A stretch of 64,000 nt of DNA from Trypanosoma brucei (Eukaryota). Numbering within the stretch: position 1 is the stretch's first letter; each line of letters begins with the position of its first letter. Below are positions 51,401 to 60,302 of this stretch, one piece after another. The stretch lies in the NCBI GenBank assembly GCA_000002445.1, contig CM000208.1, positions 192,001 to 256,000 on the forward strand, in the 5' to 3' direction. The notes under the pieces are model-generated. The model searched no databases, was not told the origin of the DNA, and saw only the letters and a list, made by a program, of their open reading frames with translations. Made by a program: the position numbers and the translations under genes.

Positions 51401-54113
51401 TATCAATTGTGGAACAATGACGGATATCCGTTCACACTCAAATTGTTGCACAATGACTGACCCTGTTGCAATTGTTATGCCTGATGTCATGGAGGATATG
51501 CAACGCCGTCTAACAAAGGAACTTATCAATTGTGGAACAATGACGGATATCCGTTCACACTCAAATTGTTGCACAATGACTGACCCTGTTGCAATTGTTA
51601 TGCCTGATGTCATGGAGGATATGCAACGCCGTCTAACAAAGGAACTTATCAATTGTGGAACAATGACGGATATCCGTTCACACTCAAATTGTTGCACAAT
51701 GACTGACCCTGTTGCAATTGTTATGCCTGATGTTATGGAGGATGTGCAACGGCGGCCATCAAACAGACTTGATGCTTCCACCTCATTAAAGGTGAGCAAA
51801 AACAATGGCGACGTGGCTGTGTACGAAGCTGTTCGCTTTGGTGACGAAAAAGTAGTGGTGGATAGTTGTTCTGTGGCGTCAGTGAGTGATAGTTTCCCGC
51901 GGGATTTGTCAAGTGAGGTGGGTAAACTTCAGTTAAGGGTACTAGATCTCGGGAAAGAGGTTTACATGCTTCAGAAAGAACTTATGGCAAGAGAAGAACA
52001 GCTACAGAAAACGCAGGAAAGGGCAGACTACTACAAAAAGAACTGCGAAACCCTCGAAAACGAACTAGCAAAACTGACAGAGGAGCAAGAAAGAAACGAC
52101 GCAAGGCGTACCGAAGCATACACCATTCTTGAAGAAGAAAGTGAGAACCTCAGGGCTGAAATTGAAGCGCTACAAAAGCAATTAGCAGAGAAGCCACACA
52201 AGGACGCATCCAACTCCGAAGCTCTTTCCAACAAAAATAATACGCGGAAAACGGATAGCGACCACGCTGTTGACGGGAAGGAAAATTTGGGTCTTCATCA
52301 TGTGTCCTCTGTGAGATCACTAGTTCACTTGAGGGAAAATAAAGCAAGGGAACATCTTCGAAGTCGTTCGTTGTCCAATGGCAGGGAGCCCCCTGGTGGT
52401 GTTCTACCTACCGAGCTGAGGACATGGCCGCAGACGGCGCAGCAAAGTGCCCCCGCTGCTTGCACCCATGAAAAAGGTGTGGAACGAAAACTTTCAGAGG
52501 AACTCGATGAGAGCGACGTCGTGAACCACCTCACCGCTCAGGCAACTCCTGAAATGCTGAATCTGAAACCCGAACTATTTGTAAAAAACCCTGCTTCGTT
52601 CGATCGTTTGGTGTCATATCTTACGCGACTCGTAGAAAGGGCTGAAAGGGAACCCGGAGCGCTGAGTTGTGAGGAAAGACACCTTTCTGAGGTATTGAAG
52701 GTGTTCTCCACTTTTTACTGTGGTTATCGTTCCATTGAAAGTGGTACCGGCACTTGTCCCATTGTTGATGGGAATCTGCGTTCACGCGGTGGGAGTTCAC
52801 ATTCACTGCGTCCTAGGGCAAAAGGAATGTGGTCTCCAGAATCCTTGCGGGTTTCCCCTGATGTTGGAAGGAACGTTGACGCTGTGAAGGAAGACCAAAA
52901 TGGTAAGCATCTCGGCCCAGTGCCTTCCGCAAGTACGACATTTCGAACCGGGCGTTCTGAGAGGTGTACTTCCTCCGTTCGTGGCGTGGCGTTGGTGGGT
53001 GGGCTTTTGGCGTCGAGGAGACGCTCGTCAACTGCTCCTTCACCGACAGAGGGGCCGCGGGTCCCTCTGCAGAGGGAAGAAATAGAAGACCTGGAGGGAA
53101 TGTCAGAGTTGGTGTCTTCCATCGAGGACATGCAGTCGCAGTTAGCCTACTTCAATTTTAGCAATGAGCCAGAGCTGAGGGAGTCCATCAAGCAACTGCA
53201 ACAGCACCTCGAGGAACTCAGAGCAGTCCTGGAGAGCCAAATGTCAACGACAAAAATGTCACGATCACCCTCCTATATATCTAGTTTCAGGGGAAGCTGC
53301 TTCTCACAGGGTAACCAACAGGGTCAAGGTGTGCAAGAGGGGAAGCCACCACTAAAAGCAGAAAGCAACGGATGTCAACCTGCGACCGACAGCGCGTGTG
53401 ATACAAATTATTCAAACGGTGGCCAGACAGGCTATTTAGCTGTATGTAATGCTGTAAACACTTGCTGTGGAGGGAGAGGTGCGTTCCATCGTGGTTCGAA
53501 TAGATGCTCCCACTGGGTACCACTGAGAATGCACAGGGCAAATCACGATGAGAACGTCGGGTTGGCGATGAATGAGCCTGGTGGCTCTATTCCTCAAGGA
53601 CGGTCAAATGCTTTTGACGACGGCTCGCAACGCAAGTGTATGGCGCCGAATCGACGCAACCAGAGTGCAGTGATGAGGCGGTTGCTGGACTCTATGCGAT
53701 TTGACCTTGACTCGTATGTGTACACGGCTGCCGAACAGAATGCCGCTAGCGCTGCTTTGCTAGAGGAATCGTCTTCTCTCAAGGAAAGAGAAGCAGATAT
53801 GTGGTTACGTCTCAACCAAACAGAGTTCTGCGAGATGGCAAGGATAGAAATGAGGCTGAAAAGGGATGACTTACGGGAGCTTCAGCATGAAATCCACCGC
53901 ATGCACTTGTTGCACGATAAAGAACTCGTAGAGCGGAAACGGAGGTTGTTGATTTATTCCTATAGAAAATTGCTGGATTTTGCAAAGCGAATGTCCGATA
54001 TTCTTAAGGCACGCGAGTTCTGTACGGGCACGCTGGAAAGCCAGCGGCTGCTGCTATTAGACGAAACGTCAGATTTCACAAAAGATGTAGAAAAGTACAT
54101 TGAGGTTCTGTAG
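45444..54113 (+). CDS. Kinesin-like motor protein (2889 aa) with two internal arrays of Cys-rich 41/53-aa tandem repeats
   Basis: N-terminal motor domain with SYGQTGSGKTYTM (P-loop), NxxSSRSH (switch I) and DLAGSE (switch II). Neck coiled coil from about 46600 to 47090. Repeat arrays at about 47110-48990 and 50640-51745. Long unique C-terminal region. One ORF is uninterrupted from ATG 45444 to TAG 54113. Confidence 0.8.
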   Translation: MLHKPCVQVVMRFRPNPGVASPFYSTDDTGAPWLTYDERTVRVVERDPPMDRKRVEPNGGPCGDSNDPPVSKALVPAPVTSYTFDAVLSDTSTQRDVHKCVGEPVIGNVLKGYNATIFSYGQTGSGKTYTMLGPYGGLADAFFEDSPFYGERGLVPRVVEELFNRLNTMKSEEYTWRVKTQMFEIYRENIVDLLIEGDQQPQTEYRIREGKNSQGSFCMYVDSLKEVECRTAADFMDILQRGVASRHTRETGTNDRSSRSHCLLCLFVELKHNEDYSMWTESRLNFVDLAGSERVATSQAEGETLKETQYINLSLSLLGNVIHRLAGGNTGHIPYRDTKLTRVLKDSLGGNSLTTLLCHGTTEAATKSQTINTLRFAQKALRIKTRAVVNKPSKTTIKQQQQEFYKEHTKQLEKQIRVLQEIIRSRENTEGENSMCAKCESMSATIASLTKEIERLQKELIAREEQLQQTQETGDYYKKNCETLENELAKLTEEQEANDARHIEAYTILEEESENLRAEIEALQKQLAEKPHKDASNSEALSNKNNTRKNNYNDYKNRATMTDRRTHSNCCTMTDPVTIVMPDVMEDMQRRLTKELINCGTMTDIRSHSNCCTMTDPVAIVMPDVMEDMQRRLTKELINCGTMTDIRSHSNCCTMTDPVAIVMPDVMEDMQRRLTKELINCGTMTDGTISTNRATMTDCRTHSNCCTMTDPVAIVMPDVMEDMQRRLTKELINCGTMTDIRSHSNCCTMTDPVAIVMPDVMEDMQRRLTKELINCGTMTDIRSHSNCCTMTDPVAIVMPDVMEDMQRRLTKELINCGTMTDGTISTNRATMTDRRTHSNCCTMTDPVAIVMPDVMEDMQRRLTKELINCGTMTDIRSHSNCCTMTDPVAIVMPDVMEDMQRRLTKELINCGTMTDGTVSTNCATMTDLRSHSNCCTMTDPVAIVMPDVMEDMQRRLTKELINCGTMTDGTISTNRATMTDLRSHSNCCTMTDPVAIVMPDVMEDMQRRLTKELINCGTMTDGTVSTNCATMTDLRSHSNCCTMTDPVAIVMPDVMEDMQRRLTKELINCGTMTDLRSHSNCCTMTDPVAIVMPDVMEDMQRRLTKELINCGTMTDGTVSTNCATMTDIRSHSNCCTMTDPVAIVMPDVMEDMQRRLTKELINCGTMTDGTVSTNCATMTEVCRQSNSLDRRVSCVSGTAENVSLSGETFCRNTSVNTRECSYIARNTIFASSVVSSFVPVIGEGQFEWWCLDDVYAHALLFSYCNPRDVGINIGLFDDCDDKVLLQSLGVVHRTLGSIRADYDGSVVSVIRRFLVQQRGALAGDGALEGCVPCEALFEVLISAKNALLVEPMVSDSSTVKGEDRVCHGDGEGALDSCVYAHLQVAMTAVFSIARERGGYLSDIFASVKVQKALEAMRQFFTSSNLFSSGSSSVSSTSEANGDSSSFLEDMLRETEVPRFVLGGALQRAAALLKDDVVTKLQRRRLCGGLSLEEALLACYLAEERITALTEIENLREEMVQPVTREALDLIDGAVRAFLKSEESEDFSAEATNHMKSSSFTTALAFLFTYVAAQTATETVGLPQDSTEHVRDALNVVAQTLLRRSVSQTSRFDVAQSNTAIDPESMQQSLRIIMDYAESQGYYPVTCDTSEAGSRSNHHCQYSQQTRRKDTPDIDVTKREALMEKMDSPRTTPRSSPHPRLSSPQEQRPQTSVVVVSQPNVTSHHINNLVHRGRMTNPVAIVMPDVMEDMQRRLTKELINCGTMTDGTISTNRATMTDLRSHSNCCTMTDPVAIVMPDVMEDMQRRLTKELINCGTMTDIRSHSNCCTMTDPVAIVMPDVMEDMQRRLTKELINCGTMTDGTISTNRATMTDLRSHSNCCTMTDPVAIVMPDVMEDMQRRLTKELINCGTMTDIRSHSNCCTMTDPVAIVMPDVMEDMQRRLTKELINCGTMTDIRSHSNCCTMTDPVAIVMPDVMEDMQRRLTKELINCGTMTDIRSHSNCCTMTDPVAIVMPDVMEDMQRRLTKELINCGTMTDIRSHSNCCTMTDPVAIVMPDVMEDMQRRLTKELINCGTMTDIRSHSNCCTMTDPVAIVMPDVMEDVQRRPSNRLDASTSLKVSKNNGDVAVYEAVRFGDEKVVVDSCSVASVSDSFPRDLSSEVGKLQLRVLDLGKEVYMLQKELMAREEQLQKTQERADYYKKNCETLENELAKLTEEQERNDARRTEAYTILEEESENLRAEIEALQKQLAEKPHKDASNSEALSNKNNTRKTDSDHAVDGKENLGLHHVSSVRSLVHLRENKAREHLRSRSLSNGREPPGGVLPTELRTWPQTAQQSAPAACTHEKGVERKLSEELDESDVVNHLTAQATPEMLNLKPELFVKNPASFDRLVSYLTRLVERAEREPGALSCEERHLSEVLKVFSTFYCGYRSIESGTGTCPIVDGNLRSRGGSSHSLRPRAKGMWSPESLRVSPDVGRNVDAVKEDQNGKHLGPVPSASTTFRTGRSERCTSSVRGVALVGGLLASRRRSSTAPSPTEGPRVPLQREEIEDLEGMSELVSSIEDMQSQLAYFNFSNEPELRESIKQLQQHLEELRAVLESQMSTTKMSRSPSYISSFRGSCFSQGNQQGQGVQEGKPPLKAESNGCQPATDSACDTNYSNGGQTGYLAVCNAVNTCCGGRGAFHRGSNRCSHWVPLRMHRANHDENVGLAMNEPGGSIPQGRSNAFDDGSQRKCMAPNRRNQSAVMRRLLDSMRFDLDSYVYTAAEQNAASAALLEESSSLKEREADMWLRLNQTEFCEMARIEMRLKRDDLRELQHEIHRMHLLHDKELVERKRRLLIYSYRKLLDFAKRMSDILKAREFCTGTLESQRLLLLDETSDFTKDVEKYIEVL
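46790..47095 (+). repeat. About 300-nt segment duplicated at 51965-52260 (coiled-coil module flanking the kinesin repeat arrays)
   Basis: KEIERLQKELIAREEQLQQTQETGDYYKKNCETLENELAKLTEEQEANDARHIEAYTILEEESENLRAEIEALQKQLAEKPHKDASNSEALSNKNNTRK recurs near-identically at 51965-52260. Confidence 0.85.
47110..48990 (+). repeat. In-frame tandem repeat array 1 inside the kinesin gene (13 units; 123-nt and 159-nt variants)
   Basis: The unit encodes MTDIRSHSNCCTMTDPVAIVMPDVMEDMQRRLTKELINCGT (41 aa). The long variant inserts MTDGT(I/V)STN(R/C)AT (12 aa). Units are more than 95% identical at the nucleotide level. Confidence 0.9.
50640..51745 (+). repeat. In-frame tandem repeat array 2 inside the kinesin gene (about 9 units of the same 123/159-nt family)
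   Basis: Same repeat family as 47110-48990. It is separated from array 1 by a ~1.65-kb unique segment. Confidence 0.9.
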
Positions 54114-55600
54114 CAGAAAAGGATGCACTTGTCGTAATATGACGTGAGGAACCAGCAGTGGGGCTTCTACCTTCGTGTCAGCGTCTCTTTCGGTTGCGGT
54201 TCGCGACAAAACAAAGCAGAATATTCATCATCAGTGTTTTTATTTGTGCATAATCCAACGATGTTGGATTAACTAACTAACGAGTGGCTTTGCTCTCTCC
54301 TTTTGTTACTGAAGGCATTGTACTTGCGATTCTCAGAATATCAACCGGAAGTGAGAGGTTGAATTTGTCCTTGCATAGAGAAAAAGCAAAAAAAAATTGT
54401 TGGTTTACATAGACACCATTAGACGCACGGTAAATTAGAAAGTAAGCAGTGAGAGCTCTGAAGAAAGATATTGATATCGATATATTAACGGATAGAAGTA
54501 ATGATAACTAAGTGCTATCCCATCGGCGACGAGTGAGGGGAATCGGGGGTGATAATGACAAACATTCTTTGCGCGATGGCGGTGTTGGGTTGGTATCTAA
54601 AGTGCAAAGAGGTGACAAAGATTTTTGTGCACATGTATTTATATATCTACACATACATAACAAGCCATCACCAATCCGAAACAACAAACAAGGGAAGGGG
54701 GAGAAGTGGTGGAATAGATGAGGAAATATGAACCCATCTTGCCAACGGCTAAATGCGTATAAATAAATGTATAGACACGTGAAAGGAAGTAAGGAATGAG
54801 GTCAGGGATGGTACCCTTTTTTGGCAATCGGTGTCCTGGTTCTCTTTATTAGTATCTCCTCTTTCAGTGTGACTTAAGTTGTTGAACGCGCCGCCTACAC
54901 CACGATTTTACGTACTTTCCATGTTTTAGGTTTATCCTTTCTCACCCTTCCGGTGTTGTGGTGTAGTTGAGTTGGATAAAGGATCGGTAGCGACAAAAAT
55001 ATCAACGAAAGAAGCATAAACAAAACAGTAAATATACCACTGTTTCTAATATAATTATTACCACTACTCTCTTTGGCTCACTTTATATTAATTACATTGC
55101 GTCGCCCTCTTTTCTGGATTCTTCCATGAGTTGCGTCGCCTGGGGATACAAATAAACAGTTTCCCTCCACCCACTTTTTTTTCGAGTGAGGGGGAGAAGC
55201 AGTGAAGGGAAGGAGGGAGTATTTGCAGAGGCGCAGCTGCGTGCGATTGCCGTTCTTTTTGTTAGAGATGTGGGTAACATGTTCGCTCTTTGACTTCTTT
55301 GTTATGGTTGTTTGGTGTTTTTTTTCTACCTATATTGTTGAAGAAATCACTCCACTGCCCTTCTGGGGTCCGATGGTGTGTTTACATACTGTCTTGGGGT
55401 ACAGGCTGTGAACTACCACGGAGCACAGTCCACCGTATAGACGGTGGCGGTGTTGGTGTTTTGGCGATACCTCGGGTCTACTTACCCGCAGTAAGGAACG
55501 CACACCCATTGATCCATTTATTTATTCTGCTCCTGCCTTCTTTTTCGTACGTTTCCAACACAGAAACGTTGCAATATACAGGGAAGTGGTAATAGTGGCA

Positions 55601-56116
55601 ATGCGTCGAGGGCACCACCGACTGCGTGTAAATGTGTCTGGGGAATATGCGGGGAGGGCGCTGAATTTGTTGCTGGTGAGCGGGCGCCACGTAGCAACAC
55701 GGAAACTCTCCAACTTTGAAGAAGTTGCTACGTTGCGCCGGGAGCTTGCGGCCGCCCAACAACGCATAGCGGAGCTACAGTTGAGTCAAGTTGCCGTTCA
55801 CGAGGCCCTGCTGAAGCGACTGGAGGAGTCTCACCAGGCTGTGCATAAGGCGGCAATTCATGCACGGCACGCCGCATTGGCATTGCAGTGCAGCCACGAT
55901 TTGATGGAGAGAGAGTTGCGTCGCGTGCTGTCCATCACGCCAACCAGCAGTAATATGAGCGGAGTTGAAGTGGATCGTCTGCGACGGGCTGCTGTGGAGG
56001 CGGGCGCGAGGGAAATTGTAAGAAGGAACATAGGCTTCCGAGTAGAAAAGCAATTGGAAGATCAGTTGCAAGTCGAGAAGGATAGTGGGGAGAGCAACAC
56101 GATCAAAGGTGGATGA
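55601..56116 (+). CDS. Hypothetical small coiled-coil protein (about 171 aa)
   Basis: First ATG at 55601; the ORF-track start is GTG. The predicted protein is Leu/Ala/Glu-rich and helical (LRRELAAAQQRIAELQLSQVAVHEALLKRLEE). No recognisable family. Confidence 0.35.
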   Translation: MRRGHHRLRVNVSGEYAGRALNLLLVSGRHVATRKLSNFEEVATLRRELAAAQQRIAELQLSQVAVHEALLKRLEESHQAVHKAAIHARHAALALQCSHDLMERELRRVLSITPTSSNMSGVEVDRLRRAAVEAGAREIVRRNIGFRVEKQLEDQLQVEKDSGESNTIKGG

Positions 56117-56474
56117 CTATCCTTTTTTCTTCCTATTTCAAGTTGGATGTGCGTTCGGCACAGCGCGAGTAACATCCGTCAAATTTAGTCGGAGCAACCT
56201 CTCTCACCTTGTCTTTGTTGTGGTGGCGGTTGTGTTTGTGTGCCGCTTTTGCGAGCATTTCCACTTATTCCTTAACTCGTGAAAATGTTGTGTCTGGCAT
56301 CAAGCTGCTCCTCCTCGTGCCACTTCCCCCCTGTAGAGGTAATACACATTTCACCCCGCACAGCCACACAAACACAAAATATACATTAGCAGAAAAGGGG
56401 GACTCCAAGTGTTTTGTATATTTGCCTATATACACACATTGAACAAATACGCTGTTTTACATGAAAATTGGATT

Positions 56475-58865
56475 ATGGTAGTACTGCGGCCAAAGATAAC
56501 TTTAACATCCGTGCGAGGTCGCATACAGGTAACTGCCGAAGACGGTGAGCGAGTAGGACCATGGGGTGGCACTGAGTGTTTTCTCTCGCGACAGACAGGA
56601 CAAGGGCCGTGTCTCGTCGTTCGTTCAAGCCGACATAAGCGCCATCAGGGAACTTTTTTCCGACTAGAAGGTGTGCGGCAAGTGCTTTCCCTATACGCGA
56701 TGGAGGGAAAACTGACAGTTGTTGTGCCGCATCAAAAACGCCTCTGCAGCGTGTTCATCGAGACATTTGCAGACGTTGACGCGCTACAGATGATGGCGGC
56801 CACTTTGCAGGATCGCAGTCGGTGGAAGGATATAGAAAAGAACGTCGCATGCCGAGTGCAGCGCATTACCCGCACGAACGTAGTGGATACAAAAAGGATC
56901 ACAAATATGGACGGTGGTACTGATACCCATTTGGACTACAAACAGTTTGAATGGGGTGGGGGTGAAGACGACAGTTGTGCAGTGGGAGGAGTTAGTTGCA
57001 ACCCCCTGGAGGGTGCGCGTGGGGAAAGGAACGGAGACGGCGTTGAGTCGATTCTGCAGGAGCGCCCAACGGGTCTCCCTTCTGCACATAGTGGGGGCAA
57101 GCTGCCGAAACATATGGGGGGAGACGAGTTGAATCCACAGTTGGAGGGGTCAACAACACCCGGTAGGATGCAATGGACAACGGATCAAATAGTTGCGACG
57201 CGGCTTGTCTGCACTGGGAGCAATGTTTTTATAACAGGCTCCGCTGGCACGGGCAAGACAGAGTGGCTACTCCATCTGGTAAGAAATGTCCTACCTCGTG
57301 ACGATAGAACAGTCGTAACCGCCTCTACGGGTATGTCCGCCCGCTTACTAGGTGGGTGTACGATCCATTCTTTTGCGGGTATTGGGCGAGGAGAGGGAGG
57401 TTTTAACAGAGTATACAACCGTGTGAAAAGCAAACCGGAGGTGGTGCGCGCATGGCGGCAATGCCAAACGCTGATTATCGATGAGATTGGGAACATCTCC
57501 CCCGATACATTTTCCATGATTGACGAAATTGCTAGAAGTCTGCGTGGGGCACCGGAAAAACCATTTGGTGGCATTCAGGTTATTCTCCTTGGCGACTTCC
57601 TGCAGCTCCCACCTGTAGATTCACCCAAGGCTCGTAACGAGTGGACAAACGGGAATGACACTGACACGGACAGCAATCCCATCCCGGGCAAGTTGAAGTG
57701 GTGTTTTGAAACTGCCACGTGGGAGAGTCTGAAGCTTGCTCTCGTTGGGTTCAGGAAGAGCTACAGGCAGATGAACGACCCCGACTTTGCACTGTGTTTA
57801 GAGGACATACGCTTTGGTCGCTATACGAGACGTGTTGAGAGGATTTTGAACGAGTGCAGTACCCGTCAGATAAAGGAGCGGCATGGTATCGAACCGACAC
57901 TGATCGTCGCCCGACGTGACGAGGCGACAGAGTACAATGCGGAACGGCTCAAGATGCTTGAGGATGTACATTTTCACCGCTATGAATCAGAGGATTATGC
58001 GGCTATTCCAGGGATGAACTTGGAAAAGGAGGTTTCTCTTCAACAATTACTGGAGTTGCGCATAGGTGCACAAGTCGTTCTCCTAGCGTCACTACCTGAT
58101 GCTCCTCATCTTTCTAACGGTGATCAAGGTGTCGTTGTTTCCTTTGCCGAGCAAACCCGAGGTCCAGCTCTTCCAGTGGTTTGCTTCGCCACTAGTGGTG
58201 GTGAGGAGGTGCTGGTCCCCCGTGTTTCCATGGAGGTGTTGGGTCCTGAGGGAAGAGTAATTGCAACCCGCACCCAAATTCCCTTACAGTTATCATGGGC
58301 CATAACGGTACATCGCGCGCAAGGGATGACACTTCCCCTGGTGAGTGTGCGATTGAACAAATGTTTTTTTGACTGTGGCCAGGCGTACGTAGCATTGTCA
58401 AGGGTGCGGTCCCGGGAGGATCTGATGCTTACAGCGTTCGATCCGTCAGCTATATTTGCTGACGCCCGGGCTGTTGCCTTCTATGAGAAGAACTTCCCCG
58501 CTCAGCGGCAGAGTGTCGAAGATACCGAGTGCGAGCTAGTACCTATCAAGGGGAAAACAAGGGCAAAACACCCGCGTTCTCAGGGAGAGAAAAACAGTGT
58601 TGATGAGGGGGGAAATGCCCCTGAGGAGCACCCACTGAGAACAGATGCCGCCTTCACGGCTTACCACGACCTTGATAGCCAGGTCAGCACTGACATGCCA
58701 CTAGTGCCGCAACCACCGAGAAAAAAGAGAATGTTGGTGGAAGAGCTGCCTCAAGTAACGTCTAGCGCCATTCCGAACTTCACGCAAGAGAGCAACAACG
58801 GTGACGCAAATTCACAACTTCAGCACCCCTTTTCTCAGAACAATCTAATGGTGGACGATGATTGA
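56475..58865 (+). CDS. PIF1-family 5'-3' DNA helicase
   Basis: Motif I VFITGSAGTGKTEWL, motif II LIIDEIGNISPDTFSMIDEIA, motif III GGIQVILLGDFLQLPPV and a C-terminal 2B/SH3-like region (ITVHRAQGMTLP...CGQAYVALSRVRS). There is an N-terminal ~200-aa extension before the helicase core. The first ATG is at 56475; the ORF-track start is GTG. Confidence 0.8.
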   Translation: MVVLRPKITLTSVRGRIQVTAEDGERVGPWGGTECFLSRQTGQGPCLVVRSSRHKRHQGTFFRLEGVRQVLSLYAMEGKLTVVVPHQKRLCSVFIETFADVDALQMMAATLQDRSRWKDIEKNVACRVQRITRTNVVDTKRITNMDGGTDTHLDYKQFEWGGGEDDSCAVGGVSCNPLEGARGERNGDGVESILQERPTGLPSAHSGGKLPKHMGGDELNPQLEGSTTPGRMQWTTDQIVATRLVCTGSNVFITGSAGTGKTEWLLHLVRNVLPRDDRTVVTASTGMSARLLGGCTIHSFAGIGRGEGGFNRVYNRVKSKPEVVRAWRQCQTLIIDEIGNISPDTFSMIDEIARSLRGAPEKPFGGIQVILLGDFLQLPPVDSPKARNEWTNGNDTDTDSNPIPGKLKWCFETATWESLKLALVGFRKSYRQMNDPDFALCLEDIRFGRYTRRVERILNECSTRQIKERHGIEPTLIVARRDEATEYNAERLKMLEDVHFHRYESEDYAAIPGMNLEKEVSLQQLLELRIGAQVVLLASLPDAPHLSNGDQGVVVSFAEQTRGPALPVVCFATSGGEEVLVPRVSMEVLGPEGRVIATRTQIPLQLSWAITVHRAQGMTLPLVSVRLNKCFFDCGQAYVALSRVRSREDLMLTAFDPSAIFADARAVAFYEKNFPAQRQSVEDTECELVPIKGKTRAKHPRSQGEKNSVDEGGNAPEEHPLRTDAAFTAYHDLDSQVSTDMPLVPQPPRKKRMLVEELPQVTSSAIPNFTQESNNGDANSQLQHPFSQNNLMVDDD

Positions 58866-59408
58866 GGAAAGAAACTAAGAGATCACACAGTAGCGCGTTA
58901 GTTGTGATAACCTAAAGGGTAGGGACACTGTTAGATGTTGTGTTTCAACGGATTCCTGTCTGCCCCAACCTGCATCCTTTACCTGCGCTTCTACTTCATA
59001 GATTTATCTGCTTGTTCATTTCACCCGGAGATACACTCCTTTGAGCACAAGCTGGTTAAACAAATAAATAATATATATGTATATGTATATGTACTTATTA
59101 AGGGTGTGATTGCGAGCTGCCGTCGATGCCACCGGAGATTCATCACTGTTGCCTTCACATCTTTCCCCGTATTTCTCCCATCGTTTTCCTTTAAAACATA
59201 ACATGGGTACCCACGAAGGACTTGATAGGTAAGACGGATTTACCTCCTAAAATTCCCTGGTCGATATTACTCCGCCATTGGAACACAGTCGTGCTGTTTC
59301 CCAGCGGAAGACGGTCAAGAGTTGGTAGAAAATAGATAATAAGGAACCAACAGCAGCGAGGAAGTCCTGTTTGTTTTAAGTAATTTACAGTAAGTACATA
59401 TATACCAC

Positions 59409-60302
59409 ATGCCGCAGGATAAACGATTAATTATAACTCGGGCGGTTCTCCACAAAGTGCAGCGTGTTTGCGGTAGCGCGGATGCCGCGTCGGCGGAGGG
59501 TATCTTTATTGAATTTGTTGTACCCGCGGTGGTAGTAACACAGTGCCCAGAACTAACGGGAAAGTACGTCTTCCAGCTCCCCAACCGCACGTATGTGATG
59601 AATGGCCGCACGACATGTCTTATTGTTCCACGCCTCCTATCAGGTGGCGCGTTTAAAGTAAACAAGAGACACGGCTATTACGACGCTGTGGTTACGGCTG
59701 AGGCCATATGCAAGCGAGGGGATACAGAGGCTGCACGGCGGGCAGCGCAAGTCGCCAAAACGTTTGCCCACTTTGTTGTAGACTCGCGTATTGTATCAAA
59801 GCTACCGTCGTGCATTACCGATGGGGCGGTAGTGACGAAGGTGGCAACAATGAAGGTCCCATCTACTGTAGCCGACGAAAAATCTGATAGGAAGAATGAG
59901 CAGGGGCGAAAAGGTTCGCAGAAGCCCCCAGATGGGGCGATTGTTAAAGGTAGCCAGCAATACGTTGAAACGGAAAAAGCGCCAGTGGGGATGCCCCCGC
60001 TGGTGAAACTTTCAAGGAAGTGCATTACCCCCCTGCACAACCTTGATGAGCAAGGTAATCTAACCCTCCGCCTTGCGCAGGGAGCATCGGGCTCTGTTGT
60101 CCGCGTTCGCCAAGCCGGGCAGCTTGTGGTGCGTGTCGGGCACGGTGGGATGGTTCCTGGCGAAGTGTGTGACAACGCAAAGAGTTTCGTCTACACTTTG
60201 AAGCGGGAGTTCCCAACAGTGTGGAAATACATCCACGAGTTTCAGATGACGTCCGCGGTAACGGAGCCCATTCGCTTCATGGAGGTTCACATACAGAAGT
60301 AA
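59409..60302 (+). CDS. Hypothetical protein (297 aa); weak resemblance to a ribosomal L1-like fold
   Basis: ATG at 59409, non-repetitive ORF. The segment GQLVVRVGHGGMVPGEVCDNAKSF loosely resembles the L1 family glycine-rich signature. Not diagnostic. Confidence 0.3.
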   Translation: MPQDKRLIITRAVLHKVQRVCGSADAASAEGIFIEFVVPAVVVTQCPELTGKYVFQLPNRTYVMNGRTTCLIVPRLLSGGAFKVNKRHGYYDAVVTAEAICKRGDTEAARRAAQVAKTFAHFVVDSRIVSKLPSCITDGAVVTKVATMKVPSTVADEKSDRKNEQGRKGSQKPPDGAIVKGSQQYVETEKAPVGMPPLVKLSRKCITPLHNLDEQGNLTLRLAQGASGSVVRVRQAGQLVVRVGHGGMVPGEVCDNAKSFVYTLKREFPTVWKYIHEFQMTSAVTEPIRFMEVHIQK

